A DNA stretch of 64,000 bases from an uncultured virus (IMG/VR IMGVR_UViG_3300006738_005066) (lineage: Duplodnaviria > Heunggongvirae > Uroviricota > Caudoviricetes), in the IMG/VR virus record IMGVR_UViG_3300006738_005066. One strand, 5' to 3'. The position numbers and the translations under genes were made by a program. Shown piece by piece: positions 57,001 through 64,000 of this stretch. The number at the start of each line of letters is the position of its first letter. Position 1 is the first letter of the stretch. The notes below the pieces were generated by a model that saw nothing but the letters and a program-made list of their open reading frames with translations, was not told the DNA's origin and made no database searches.

Positions 57001-59525
57001 GAATTTTATTTAATACCATTAAAGCCGGCGTCGCAGTGGGTAACTTTGTTATCTGCCATTCTCAGTCAATCGCGGCTAGCGACATTGGGCCACCGGCCGG
57101 CTATGACGGTGCGGTACCTTACAACCTGTATCAGTCTCCAAGTATGATGTATCTAGAGAGTAACCACTCCGGGAACATCGATTACCTTGAGGAATATTGC
57201 TTAGGCACGAGCCCTGTTAGTTGTAAATGGGGATCACCCTCTGCGACCAAGCCGAACCCGGGCTTCTTTCCTTGTATAAACGTGGCCGGCTCCAGTTCAG
57301 CCGGAGAAAACATGTTTAATGGATATTTTATGCACATGATTCCGTTTGAAGCCATTCGGGATCCAGAAAGATATTTGAATTCCGATAACATTCCTAATGG
57401 TCGAATTTTTGATTCAGGTCTTTACAGCAGTAGTTTTGCTAGCCTCCATGCTGGCACAGATGTGAGTTATGGCTCAGACCAGGACGACCTCTCATCCGAG
57501 TGGGCCGGGTGTCAGAATGGCGTTGCTTATAAGGGCGAGCGATCGCCCCTTTTCAAGTATGCGGTGGATAACTTTTTGTGCGAGACTTATAATTTCTTTT
57601 TGGGCTCGCCCTCTGAATCGTCGTTGTTATCTGCCGATGAAGGTGCTTTTGCTCCGGTTACAAAAGATGATTATTATGCTATGAAAATCAGTTTATCCAA
57701 CCGAACAGCCATCAGCGGCACCCATGGCTACACCGACCAACAACTCAGCGACCTGGCTACGAACGACATTTTAAAGGGGTTCGGGATGTATAGTCGTGCG
57801 TCTGCTTTTGGTCCTCCTTGTATACTTTCGGGCACCAACTCCAGCAACTACGGCACTGGGTCCGGCCTCGGCGCCATTCGATATCCTAGTTTCGAACACG
57901 TACTGCCTTCCCATTTTTATGGATCTAGTCACGCTACCATAATTTTCAAAGCTCCCTGGACCGGCCGCGCTAGCTTAGACGACATTATTGGCAATTCAGT
58001 AGTAGAGTATAGCAAAGCCACGCAGTGGGGCGACCCCGAGCGGGACCCCTCGGTGAAGAATAAGCTGTACTCCCCAATAATTCATAACTATGATGTAGCG
58101 GATCGAGCAACGATCATTCAACAGATAACTTCAAGCCTAGAAGTGTTTGAAAAAGTGCTATCAGTTCCAGAAGGCACCAATGAAACCAAGAGCCGATGGC
58201 TGATTCGGCCTAAATTTGAGACCCCGATACAGAATTTTTACAACGTCGATACTCAGAGGTATACTCAAGCGACGGGAACTCTTCATCCATACGGATCCGC
58301 CGCCACCGCCGGCTTCCAGATTCGCGGCATGTGGCACCAGCACGGTAAGCCCTTAGAGGGCGGTGAAGGAAGCTTTGTGAGTCTCACTGACTTACCTCAA
58401 AAAGTAAGTTCTTCAACCTACGGTCTCATCCGGCCCAAGTCTTTGGTGGATGTCGTGGGATTTGAGAGGAAAGAGACACAGTTGGGAATTTGTCCGTTTA
58501 GCAAAAAACTTGAAGAAGCCGTTGTTGCGGTTCCTTTTGTAGTACAAAATGGAGAGAGGAGATTCTTTGACATTCAGAGGCAGTCACATGAATATGTAAG
58601 TCAGATTGCTTTACTCAATAAATATGTTTTCCCCCCTACTTTTGATTTCTTAACCAACCCGAGTGTAACCCCCTTCGCTTTCTATGCCTTTGAGTTTAGT
58701 ATGGAAGTGTCACAAGTGGATCTCTATAACATGTGGCAGAACCTACCCCCAGAGGCAGCTTCCCAATTTAAAAAATCAACCGCCACTATTAAGATTAAGA
58801 GGCTGGTAAACGAGCTCCTTGAGGGGAATCTTGAAACGAGTGAGCTTCAGTGGATGGTTTTTAAAGTTAAACGAAAGGCAGAAAAAGACTATAACATTTA
58901 TACGCGAACTAATCTTACACCGGAGACTCCGATAGTGCAACCGTCTCTTCGGACCAAATACTCCTATAACTGGCCTTATGATTACTTCTCTATGGTGGAG
59001 CTAGTTAGTGTGGATCAGACTGTGGTGTATGCCACTGAAGATATTATACCTGAGGATGATGCGGAAGACCCAGTTCCGCCAGACTTGCGGAGATTTATCC
59101 CCGCACCTGAAGACATGGATCTCACAATGACACCTGGCACAGCACTGTTAGAAGAAGCCAGCGAAGGAATTGTGATCGGAGCCATGACTGCTATGGCGTT
59201 GCCACAGCCCTCGCAGCGTCCACGGCCAAGGGGTGTTTTGAGGGTGCCTACAGTCCGACCTCGCGCCAACGTAACGCAGCGCCGACGACGTGCACAGTCG
59301 GTGCGCAATAGGCGCCCCAGGCCAGCCACCACCAGAGTCCCTCGCCGCACTCAACGCCCGCCTAGGCGCACATCTCGTGCAGAAAGGGCACAGCTTCGAC
59401 AAAGAGCGCGGCAGCGTACCACACGGCGCCGTCAGCGTCGCCGCGTAGCAGAGACACTGAGGAGAATTTTTGATCCTCTGGGTCTGTTCACCCCCCGTCG
59501 CCGACGTCGAAGAAGGAGGAGGTAG
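48060..59525 (+). CDS. giant baseplate/tail protein with LamG (concanavalin A-like) domains and Arg-rich C-terminus
   Basis: 3821 aa; LamG motifs WHHYALT..FYVDG..LDEFRYW and WYHVVVAF..LYVN..DYAVYD; wedge-like IYKSKGTEKS. Confidence 0.7.
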   Translation: MSLKDYYNKAKSIQALANKSAEEIGAEVESVGYHQEDIIREERFIPSVDFSLPRNFARYGSAVDYYKQSLKRIYDYFPYDGSLRERVKWENESTYLDLYLYNNEYPRTNGYALFSPSGWGALADGTTIVDGYGLPSSLEYIYLEGGPHINAGGMTPIDVQFTGSNYYEPSKNRESNLKYDVQNKGVSLEFWLKKDAFDINKTRKEVVFDLWNGITSSADNYGRLRLELTATVDGANPFILTAMSGTKGVFESPIASSGFTTSSLADSKWHHYALTLMSSSTGFKSVFYVDGSPENQATLGTSSINEVTGALRATVGALITSPSASGAPAYAGKLSASLDEFRYWKTERSAKNIGRHWFTQVGGGSNVDPKPFVETTEDVNTTLGVYYKFNEGITGVAATDSIVLDYSGRVTNGAWTGYVDGARSTDSAIVESAAAVREYKDPIIYSFHPEVIALGDKLELTGSEHDVDNNASMYNSIPSWITEADAEGQKQLKYLTQIMSSYFDTLQLQIESVSTLKNVTYPSSSAKPLPFAERLLNSSGLIAPDLFIDADILEKLADRSEDKVYEKSLQDVKNTIYQNIYNNLVYIYKSKGTEKSFRNLIRCFGIDDDLIKLNMYGAGIEYEMENNRRIVSVTDRYVDFNKEDNYTATVFQYQDSNSSTNTTGFIPADTRLTGGYAQTLETQILFPKKPDPAASFYFDTNAISSSLFGVYGTQGSQTDTTWEIDDFVNYQVFTEREDITSDNCRFVLTGSGVGVVPLLRSPLFEEVYDNTHWNLAVRIKPERYPYAAAGPGSGAGVAGADSGNYIIELHGVQYDAGLLRNKFTVSGTIAGPVSQFVTGSKRFFVGANRTNFTGSILNTSDVKVSACRYWLNYLDDAVLEAHAADTQNYGSLQPHFYAFPFDYSAPNGEVLQADTLVFNWEFSNNTGSNASGQFVVADEYSGSAATAASRFDWLGDILCQQNTALGYGFPASTTGSIDKDFVVSSKLQLPENVQSSDMVTVLGAQEQNIFTRNSRPINYFFAFEKSMAQALSVEMINYFATLKDMHTIIGAPVNRYRPEYKGLRVLRERFFQRVSNNEVDFEKFYEFYKWFDSSLTVMLEQLVPASADFSDNVRTIIESHMFERSKYQHKFQNVKKQDPQIEGTAVGAEEQAEMQTSPEGDPQGTGFYSANAVSKRQIGSSQPINFSAWKLIHAPVDGEQDAKSIWWRSRAERGNVVLSSSTGPVNTNKQVYLKAIEKGNKRARQSPFRFGGSGNYTLGGVGFNQNKRVNYVFTATTPFGSVRAGKALNRLVGRGSQVEKLLNTTDVFHPAFKQRLGFQLDPDDARGEVLQRANGNLLVPFSLYSSSVETGYNREVVENYASGTLLTNLHHDLVYNADIPAQGPFTEKFVGGRAYRHVPLNQSDTSTPDTADSRAEGFKIRFAHVAGENGATEISVVSPNYDPNSTVFYDAALPRGDKLRNVGTKRPVNIQNIKMTTASVGTTLSGVLAHGPIGNYQKNYEVVQTAARRKNDPYFRKQTFDFALYPETLATRGRFPLTVQTSEDSYVYKFYRGIAATEAIIDGDNVGWIGQDLEQAWTALSGSGSTFSILFNASDNTLQQGGTVWSATGYGPVGAASQYNGQEQTLLGWGGTDNNDMVRHVFLKSGSNQDGPMLGLSVARGNTLEDMYWLSGPGLIGTEPGWKHLVFSLDNQDKEYGDYLRQQTQRSNKYAAFNGTTTNVDLGAPAVWESLIGGSGASAKAFSVSFWMRPAATFGDTYPRLFSYSINGRQLYLNGATLGSSVLQFQGGAITNRAVGTTTFTAETWYHVVVAFSGGASDPTTLYVNAADDTSATTTTSSPTTITGYNSHIGAANANQQNFTGSMCDYAVYDKCLVQAEVEEIYGGGKRVELTNTSLKNNILQWLLLGADPDDSSSIMNDNSRGPWFLNTALTGAVYNGYPDNNASYPMPTIIDDDLGPGPGVPTDFVTLGDFNPIYISSGSFAVNIAGTGSYYRPGPGSGSAPTGSSTTTVNSINLCGGVCLLNQWYNPGEFTAAQGCPNTAIISVAYWTGSVNTTGSSAWADQLIASGSTITEAGSPGNCPVGSEALAGANVGMVDLTASVEYKVNLASWYNFSDEGMAYITAGKGICWSTEPIPEADVLVTETSVGSEFYFQPLSSSDLAIYGGGTYTKTYSGYNSNCSGVLDYALPDRSGINSNQTVIVNRFAGSGYEVMSRGYLGPAHEEMSVYSALPYHNLSVINYGLSGSASVDPLAAKTITVVDQIGKNRGLNQRATLHSGRFGTDAAYGSVSAFTYDVLPSWHKTNRNALSRLEIKQAGAIGTASTYDNLFVQHQIPRSELQYAWMTASLDKQTTFNPIGLDRPSCISSSVLDMLITSSDIQTGVNTSQYRHLDVIHNWAFFGLDAGSSFAMAEYTSFGVSFAGMNTTVYEPVSSSEHILGFPEMTVDNWDPSATDQELWSRVNYINPFTHQYSLNPSSQGFVIGGLVHTVVPTYPGKAAVLNAIILKRHGPYGWPTWKQIRGGDHPVARTLRKENKVTLVHGPPMISNGPGQGESRALKSNGFTDYIESPVSYARSKPITFAFEDNTDNPDAPINNLSLKVSYGNDLQYFDSHGLNSRLGLTARKSAAEENAFTSVVDFSRNSDLSVVIRTGQKILPTALNEGLAKVRKRENYDISDIWNTVREFRSPATGAINSWGVHTDPSASVWPLDAPLVMAGPNMRFANSSGIGSTMNMPGTGSGAGDLINNYMWFAPRGTSGFGDGSGARGYCSGSTTATYVMPLRVGQRSFQTASYFTANPTDAEYVIITAPQWEAPAQAGIQPYQPYVDYSNLIDRLGRHMTILPEFRISEHVESVVENYGGDFLQKFDNMFSLSGGTPPNSSDSEFFKTYSTTDFLQNFRVVDDNLANQNTATSTIRRQSIELTCDAILQFLPYKGFYPVERTMELSTLFSKSMGGIAKADTQQGDYDINAFKRNVFAPLMAPGILFNTIKAGVAVGNFVICHSQSIAASDIGPPAGYDGAVPYNLYQSPSMMYLESNHSGNIDYLEEYCLGTSPVSCKWGSPSATKPNPGFFPCINVAGSSSAGENMFNGYFMHMIPFEAIRDPERYLNSDNIPNGRIFDSGLYSSSFASLHAGTDVSYGSDQDDLSSEWAGCQNGVAYKGERSPLFKYAVDNFLCETYNFFLGSPSESSLLSADEGAFAPVTKDDYYAMKISLSNRTAISGTHGYTDQQLSDLATNDILKGFGMYSRASAFGPPCILSGTNSSNYGTGSGLGAIRYPSFEHVLPSHFYGSSHATIIFKAPWTGRASLDDIIGNSVVEYSKATQWGDPERDPSVKNKLYSPIIHNYDVADRATIIQQITSSLEVFEKVLSVPEGTNETKSRWLIRPKFETPIQNFYNVDTQRYTQATGTLHPYGSAATAGFQIRGMWHQHGKPLEGGEGSFVSLTDLPQKVSSSTYGLIRPKSLVDVVGFERKETQLGICPFSKKLEEAVVAVPFVVQNGERRFFDIQRQSHEYVSQIALLNKYVFPPTFDFLTNPSVTPFAFYAFEFSMEVSQVDLYNMWQNLPPEAASQFKKSTATIKIKRLVNELLEGNLETSELQWMVFKVKRKAEKDYNIYTRTNLTPETPIVQPSLRTKYSYNWPYDYFSMVELVSVDQTVVYATEDIIPEDDAEDPVPPDLRRFIPAPEDMDLTMTPGTALLEEASEGIVIGAMTAMALPQPSQRPRPRGVLRVPTVRPRANVTQRRRRAQSVRNRRPRPATTRVPRRTQRPPRRTSRAERAQLRQRARQRTTRRRQRRRVAETLRRIFDPLGLFTPRRRRRRRRR

Positions 59526-59528
59526 AAG

Positions 59529-60527
59529 GTGGTAGAATTTTTCAATAAAAAAGAAGAGATTCTAGAAGTCCAACTGACCGAGTATGGCAAATATCTGTTG
59601 TCATTAGGAAAGCTAGACCCTGTTTACTATGCCTTCTTCGATGACGAGATTTTATATGATGTCCAAAGCGCAGGCCTCACAAGCGAAATTCAGAATGATG
59701 CGGACCGTCGCATACGCTATGAGACGCCCAATCTTAAGGTGGTACCCACCCGCACCGGCGCCGAAACTAGAGTAGCCCGCTTTATTGCCAATCTTGAAGG
59801 CGCCCTGGGCGCAGACAATTCAGACCCTGCCAACAATACCGAGGCTCTTCATCAGGAATCGTTTATTGAGACAGTTAATTTTTCTTCTTATCCACTTGGT
59901 ACAGCTGACATGACGACTGACAAAATGGCCGCATGGTCTATCAGTGCCCTATCCAATAAGATAGATTCAGTAGAAGAATACATCATCACCAATCCATCGA
60001 GTAGTTATGCAACCATCAACAATGGAGTGATCACGAGAATCCCTCAGCTAAACATTGAGATTGACTATCAGACCTTTTATCGAAAGGGACTGTTAGGTGA
60101 TGATGCAATAAGTGGCTATTTCACGGGCCCAGACATTGGCGCCGATTTGTATTTGGCGCTTAAAAAGGATTATTTAGTGTTGGACATTTTAGAGGGAAAC
60201 ACAAATTTCGATAAAGAAAATTATGATGTCGAAGTGTTCTTTCAGTCTCAAATGACAGGCTCGTCTGGCACTCCGGCAACTAGTCTTGAGGCCATGGCTT
60301 TTATAAAAGAGGACACCACTCAACTGGTGGCACCAAAGCCACTAGGAAATACAGAAACTAATGTTGGCGATGTAGAATATTATTTCAACTTATATTTAGA
60401 TGATGAGATACCTGCAGACATTTTAGAGGAATTGAATCTCACACAACGAGACATCGTCGCAAATGCAAGCAGGTTTAGTTTTAATCGCGATCTGTACGTA
60501 ACGACAGATGATGAGGAGCCGTGCTAA
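59529..60527 (+). CDS. putative virion structural protein
   Basis: GTG start with AGGAGG SD; QLTEYGKYLLSLG..YYAFFDDEILYD. Confidence 0.6.
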   Translation: MVEFFNKKEEILEVQLTEYGKYLLSLGKLDPVYYAFFDDEILYDVQSAGLTSEIQNDADRRIRYETPNLKVVPTRTGAETRVARFIANLEGALGADNSDPANNTEALHQESFIETVNFSSYPLGTADMTTDKMAAWSISALSNKIDSVEEYIITNPSSSYATINNGVITRIPQLNIEIDYQTFYRKGLLGDDAISGYFTGPDIGADLYLALKKDYLVLDILEGNTNFDKENYDVEVFFQSQMTGSSGTPATSLEAMAFIKEDTTQLVAPKPLGNTETNVGDVEYYFNLYLDDEIPADILEELNLTQRDIVANASRFSFNRDLYVTTDDEEPC

Positions 60528-60528
60528 A

Positions 60529-63500
60529 ATGAAATTGTGTCCCCTTGGATTCGATGAGCCAGCCCAAGATCCATTGCCGGCTGTATTCGTAGAAAAAGTA
60601 AAAATTTTACCTACTGATTTTACGAATGATGAACAACCCATAGAAATTACGTTATCCCTGCAGAAAGTGGGTCGCTCCAATTTGGCGTGGGAGTCTTTAT
60701 ATAAACATCCTTATAGAGTTTTCGCTGGAGTTTGTCATTCCGAAGACTCGATAATCAAGATGGAGAATAACGACCTGTTGGTTAAAGACCTGATTCGCAA
60801 CCCAAATAAAGCTTTAGGCAAAAAGGGGCGCCTCAAGAAATTTTATTTGGCCCCACCACCACTTCCGCAAAAAGCCCAATCTATGCGGCGCTACCCTAGC
60901 GCTCAGCTTCGGCCTTCTATTCTGGTGAATGCCCCGGAGAAATTTCGGTCACCCATAGAGGGCCTGGGCGCGCTGAAAAAGTCTATCACTTTTACTTACC
61001 GTTGCCCCATTAAGAGTTCTTCCAGAATTTACGTTTATGCAGTTGCATATGGGGTGGATTTGCAGTCTGTTAGCACATCTGGCGTGGATAGAAAAATTAA
61101 AGCAATGAGAACCGGTCTTGCCGTTAGTGAAACTATAATGCTCCCGGGTCCCATGGGCGAAGGGTGGTCCTCAGCCGCGGCCCGTATTTTTAGAGTGGAT
61201 GCGCCGGGCTATCAAAAGCAGATTTGGACCGGACGAACTGCACTCCTGGGAGACAATAAGCTTGTCGGCATCCCGGCTCCCGGATCCGATTACCCCAGTC
61301 CGCTTCCTTTAGTAGTTGAGACTGTTTCCAATCAAAAAATTATAGATTTAAGATTTTTAGATTCTCTTAATTCTTTACAGTTTACAAACTCCGAAAATAA
61401 AGGACAAGTTCTTTCGCCTCGTGAAAGGAAGGATTTAGAAAAAGCTGCAAAGGTGGTAAAACTTCCCTCTAAGGTATCAGATTGTAAGTTTTCCCGGACT
61501 CCCTCTAATGCTTTGAAGATTTTCTTTGAATTGGATTACGGTCGCCTTGTCCGAGAAAACTCTCAGTTAGGGCATCTTTTTCAAAATGAAGACGCCCTGG
61601 CATCTTGCTATAGAATAGAGAACATACGTATCTACAGAACGCGCATCAAAGCAAACGTTCAGCCGAACGCGCTAACGCCAGGTAAAATGAACATTTGTGG
61701 AAGCAGTGTACGCGAACCAGGCAATACCGAGAAGCTCGTAGCTAGCCTAGGCAACGGAGGCCTCCGACAGGTGGGAGTTCAAGGTTTGAGTTCCGATTCT
61801 GGAATTTTAATGGCTTTTGTCGCTACCGACGAAGATATAAAGAGCCACGGTACTGGAATGTACGAATATCGTGCGATTTTTGATATGACAGATTTGACTG
61901 CCACTGCGGTACAGAATAGTATTTCTGAGCTCCGACGTTTTTTGTCCTACTATAATAAGTTTTTAGCTGCCGCGGATCGCAACGGCCAGAAAGGCGTTGA
62001 CATCAAGGCGATGCTAAAGCGAGATTCCATCAAATTAAAAGCACTCAACGAACAGTGGGCGCGCCTTATTAATTCGTTTCTTACATCTGTAGAGTTTATC
62101 TTCGGCGACATCGCATTTGAGAGATTTCCTTTATTAAGCTGGCACAAAAATCTTTTGGCCATGACAAATCCTATGAACGGAGACATCGGGGAGATGAGAA
62201 GAGTCGCAGAGATAATCGAAGGTTTTACTAGCAACCTCTCTCAAGCACTGCGACCACCCACAGCGCCCACGAGCGCAACCACCACTAACAATAAGTCCAA
62301 AGTCCAGGCTCAGAACAGTGCAAAAAGAAAAATTGTTTTAGAGCATGTTTTTAGAACAAATTGGGAGCAGCCCGGCTCTGCCAATGAAGGGAGTGATTAT
62401 TTGGATGTAACCCAAGTCTTTGAAGATGATACTTTTACGTGGATGCCTCAAGAGGGATTTCTTACGCGTCTAGATGGAGAAGTAACAAAATATGCGGTGC
62501 CTAATACAAACGATCCCGGAATCAACAAATTTGGTTTTCTTAGTCCACGGAGACTTAATACCAAGGGAAGTGTAATTGAGACCTCTACTCGTAGTCTAGA
62601 GCAAGAATTAGGCAATGGCATCCTTAACACAGCTTTGTCCCCTAATACGTCGCGATTTTCGAATCCTTTCATCACCAGCAATGAAAATCCTGTCGTCGCC
62701 GTCGGAGAAATAGATGACTTGCTGTCTTACGGGGGCCTTTCAGTTCAACCCCTTGCGCAACCCCTCAGAGAGATTCTAAAGAGTCCAAAGCCGCTCACAG
62801 ATAAAACTTTTGTCTCCACGGATTATTTACCGGCAGAAAGCCCCTTTGTCCACCCGGATGTGACCGCGGAGGCGCAAGTGAGTGGATCTGCCATGACTGA
62901 TGCTCAAATAATGAAGTTGGCATCTCGTAAGACAGAAATAAAAGGCTCCGAAGTGGTCAAGCATCTAATTGGTGCTCAGGCCATCGGCTTCCGAGAGCCA
63001 GCTACGTTTGATGCTCCGGATGTGGCTGTGGGCTCCTTGGCCGCCGAAGCGGCTGTGCAGGCGCCAGGTAGTGTTAATTTAAATACTTCTTTTGGTAATG
63101 CGGTCAACTTCAATTCATTGGTACAAATCCAGTTTTTCAATGGTTATCATGTCACGGATGGAATAATAAATTTAAATGCCCCCCGTTGGGAAACTCTGCG
63201 TCGCCCTGAGTTTTTGCAGGCCATGGCGACGGTAGCAGATACCGGCACTCCGTTACTTTGTCGACTAGTACGGATTAATAAAACCTTAGATGAACCAAAT
63301 CATTATGTGTTGCCACCTTATGACACCCTATTTACTTTAGGCTCATCAGCACAAATGAGCGACTCCACCTCGGCCCAACTTGGCGAAGGCGACTGGGAAG
63401 ATTATGTTGACAATTTGTATGCAAAGCGGAAAAACTCTATGAAACTTCCAATCCTTAACTTAGAGAGCGCCGCTGCCTCGGTTGACGGTTCTTATTTAAG

Positions 63501-63576
63501 GGTGCGCCGGCCTTCCCGTCGACGCCGCGGCGAAGAAGATTCATCATCTACACCCACTGAGGGAGCATCTTACTAG
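60529..63576 (+). CDS. large hypothetical protein (structural module)
   Basis: About 1015-aa ORF; SD GAGGAG upstream. Confidence 0.65.
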   Translation: MKLCPLGFDEPAQDPLPAVFVEKVKILPTDFTNDEQPIEITLSLQKVGRSNLAWESLYKHPYRVFAGVCHSEDSIIKMENNDLLVKDLIRNPNKALGKKGRLKKFYLAPPPLPQKAQSMRRYPSAQLRPSILVNAPEKFRSPIEGLGALKKSITFTYRCPIKSSSRIYVYAVAYGVDLQSVSTSGVDRKIKAMRTGLAVSETIMLPGPMGEGWSSAAARIFRVDAPGYQKQIWTGRTALLGDNKLVGIPAPGSDYPSPLPLVVETVSNQKIIDLRFLDSLNSLQFTNSENKGQVLSPRERKDLEKAAKVVKLPSKVSDCKFSRTPSNALKIFFELDYGRLVRENSQLGHLFQNEDALASCYRIENIRIYRTRIKANVQPNALTPGKMNICGSSVREPGNTEKLVASLGNGGLRQVGVQGLSSDSGILMAFVATDEDIKSHGTGMYEYRAIFDMTDLTATAVQNSISELRRFLSYYNKFLAAADRNGQKGVDIKAMLKRDSIKLKALNEQWARLINSFLTSVEFIFGDIAFERFPLLSWHKNLLAMTNPMNGDIGEMRRVAEIIEGFTSNLSQALRPPTAPTSATTTNNKSKVQAQNSAKRKIVLEHVFRTNWEQPGSANEGSDYLDVTQVFEDDTFTWMPQEGFLTRLDGEVTKYAVPNTNDPGINKFGFLSPRRLNTKGSVIETSTRSLEQELGNGILNTALSPNTSRFSNPFITSNENPVVAVGEIDDLLSYGGLSVQPLAQPLREILKSPKPLTDKTFVSTDYLPAESPFVHPDVTAEAQVSGSAMTDAQIMKLASRKTEIKGSEVVKHLIGAQAIGFREPATFDAPDVAVGSLAAEAAVQAPGSVNLNTSFGNAVNFNSLVQIQFFNGYHVTDGIINLNAPRWETLRRPEFLQAMATVADTGTPLLCRLVRINKTLDEPNHYVLPPYDTLFTLGSSAQMSDSTSAQLGEGDWEDYVDNLYAKRKNSMKLPILNLESAAASVDGSYLRVRRPSRRRRGEEDSSSTPTEGASY

Positions 63577-64000
63577 TGCCACAAAATCCAGACTATAAAG
63601 ATTCTTATTTGCTGGTTAATTCTAATTTAATTGGCCTCAGGAATCGTGTGAAAAAGAGAGGCTCTCGCGGCAATTATGCTCTGCGTAGATCATGGGGCAT
63701 TGCCGACAATCTGCGTGGGATATTAGGAAGTTACTACGTTAATTATCCCACTCGACGCGGCAGCGGAGGCAACCAGCGTGCCCTAGATAATTTTGCTTCT
63801 GATAAGCTTCGCAATGCGTGGCACCGCAAACAAGTTAAAAACATTCCTTTAGCTTTAACGCCCTTCAGCACGATTGATGACAACTTGGGACCCAAGAGCG
63901 GCAAATATTTAATAAGGTTGGATAATACTGCTTGGAATGCACTGGCATGGCGAAGCACTACTCAAAATCTGCTCCGTAAGAGTATTGACACAGAAGGGGA
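63576..64000 (+). CDS. 3'-truncated hypothetical protein
   Basis: GTG overlaps the previous TAG; frame open to the window end (MPQNPDYKDSYLLVNSNLIGLRNRVKKRG...). Confidence 0.6.
   Translation, partial: MPQNPDYKDSYLLVNSNLIGLRNRVKKRGSRGNYALRRSWGIADNLRGILGSYYVNYPTRRGSGGNQRALDNFASDKLRNAWHRKQVKNIPLALTPFSTIDDNLGPKSGKYLIRLDNTAWNALAWRSTTQNLLRKSIDTEG

Noticed and set aside
38408..59525. Inteins or introns explaining the very long ORFs
   Set aside because: No intein splice-junction or homing-endonuclease motifs were recognised and the frames are uninterrupted; an HMM scan would be needed to exclude them fully.
108..63958. Numerous short minus-strand and nested alternate-frame ORFs
   Set aside because: They lie within or across well-supported + strand genes and show no recognisable motifs.
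1..64000. Alternative genetic code (stop-codon reassignment, as in some jumbo phages)
   Set aside because: Code 11 gives near-complete coding density with intact long genes, and TAA, TAG and TGA all end genes at tight junctions.

Overview
This window looks like part of a large, probably jumbo, myovirus-type bacteriophage genome. All credible genes are on the + strand, densely packed and often translationally coupled, in the standard genetic code. Assignments come from motif recognition by eye; no database search was run. There are four blocks. (1) 1-11.5 kb is accessory and host-takeover genes: a HIGH-motif nucleotidyltransferase, a Fis-like HTH protein, a complete tmRNA (tag ANDADYDLALAA), a cell-surface cassette (Cys-rich lipoprotein, Flp/Tad pilin, second lipoprotein, matrixin-type protease), a SpoU/TrmH methylase, a cysteine-free QueF-fold protein, PIN-PhoH, a zincin and a Cas4/RecB-like nuclease. 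(2) 11.5-34 kb is an unbroken 25-gene glycan locus: GT4, GT2, GT47, GT10 and GT11 transferases, a Maf/DUF115-like transferase, GDP-fucose synthesis, NeuA/NeuB, a NamH/CMAH-like Rieske hydroxylase, carbamoyl-, sulfo- and methyltransferases and a radical SAM enzyme, with no recognisable flippase, polymerase or exporter. (3) 34-36 kb holds small genes and a gp55-like sigma factor. (4) 36-64 kb holds baseplate and tail genes, including gp25- and gp6-like wedge proteins and a 3821-aa LamG protein with a poly-Arg tail. The best candidate for a new system is a phage-encoded cytoplasmic glycosylation pathway able to make fucosylated, nonulosonylated and possibly N-glycolylated glycans, perhaps attached to virion proteins rich in [S/T]-[G/A/S]-S motifs. 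The pilin, tmRNA tag and Asp-run lipoprotein hint at a Myxococcota or deltaproteobacteria-like host (inference).
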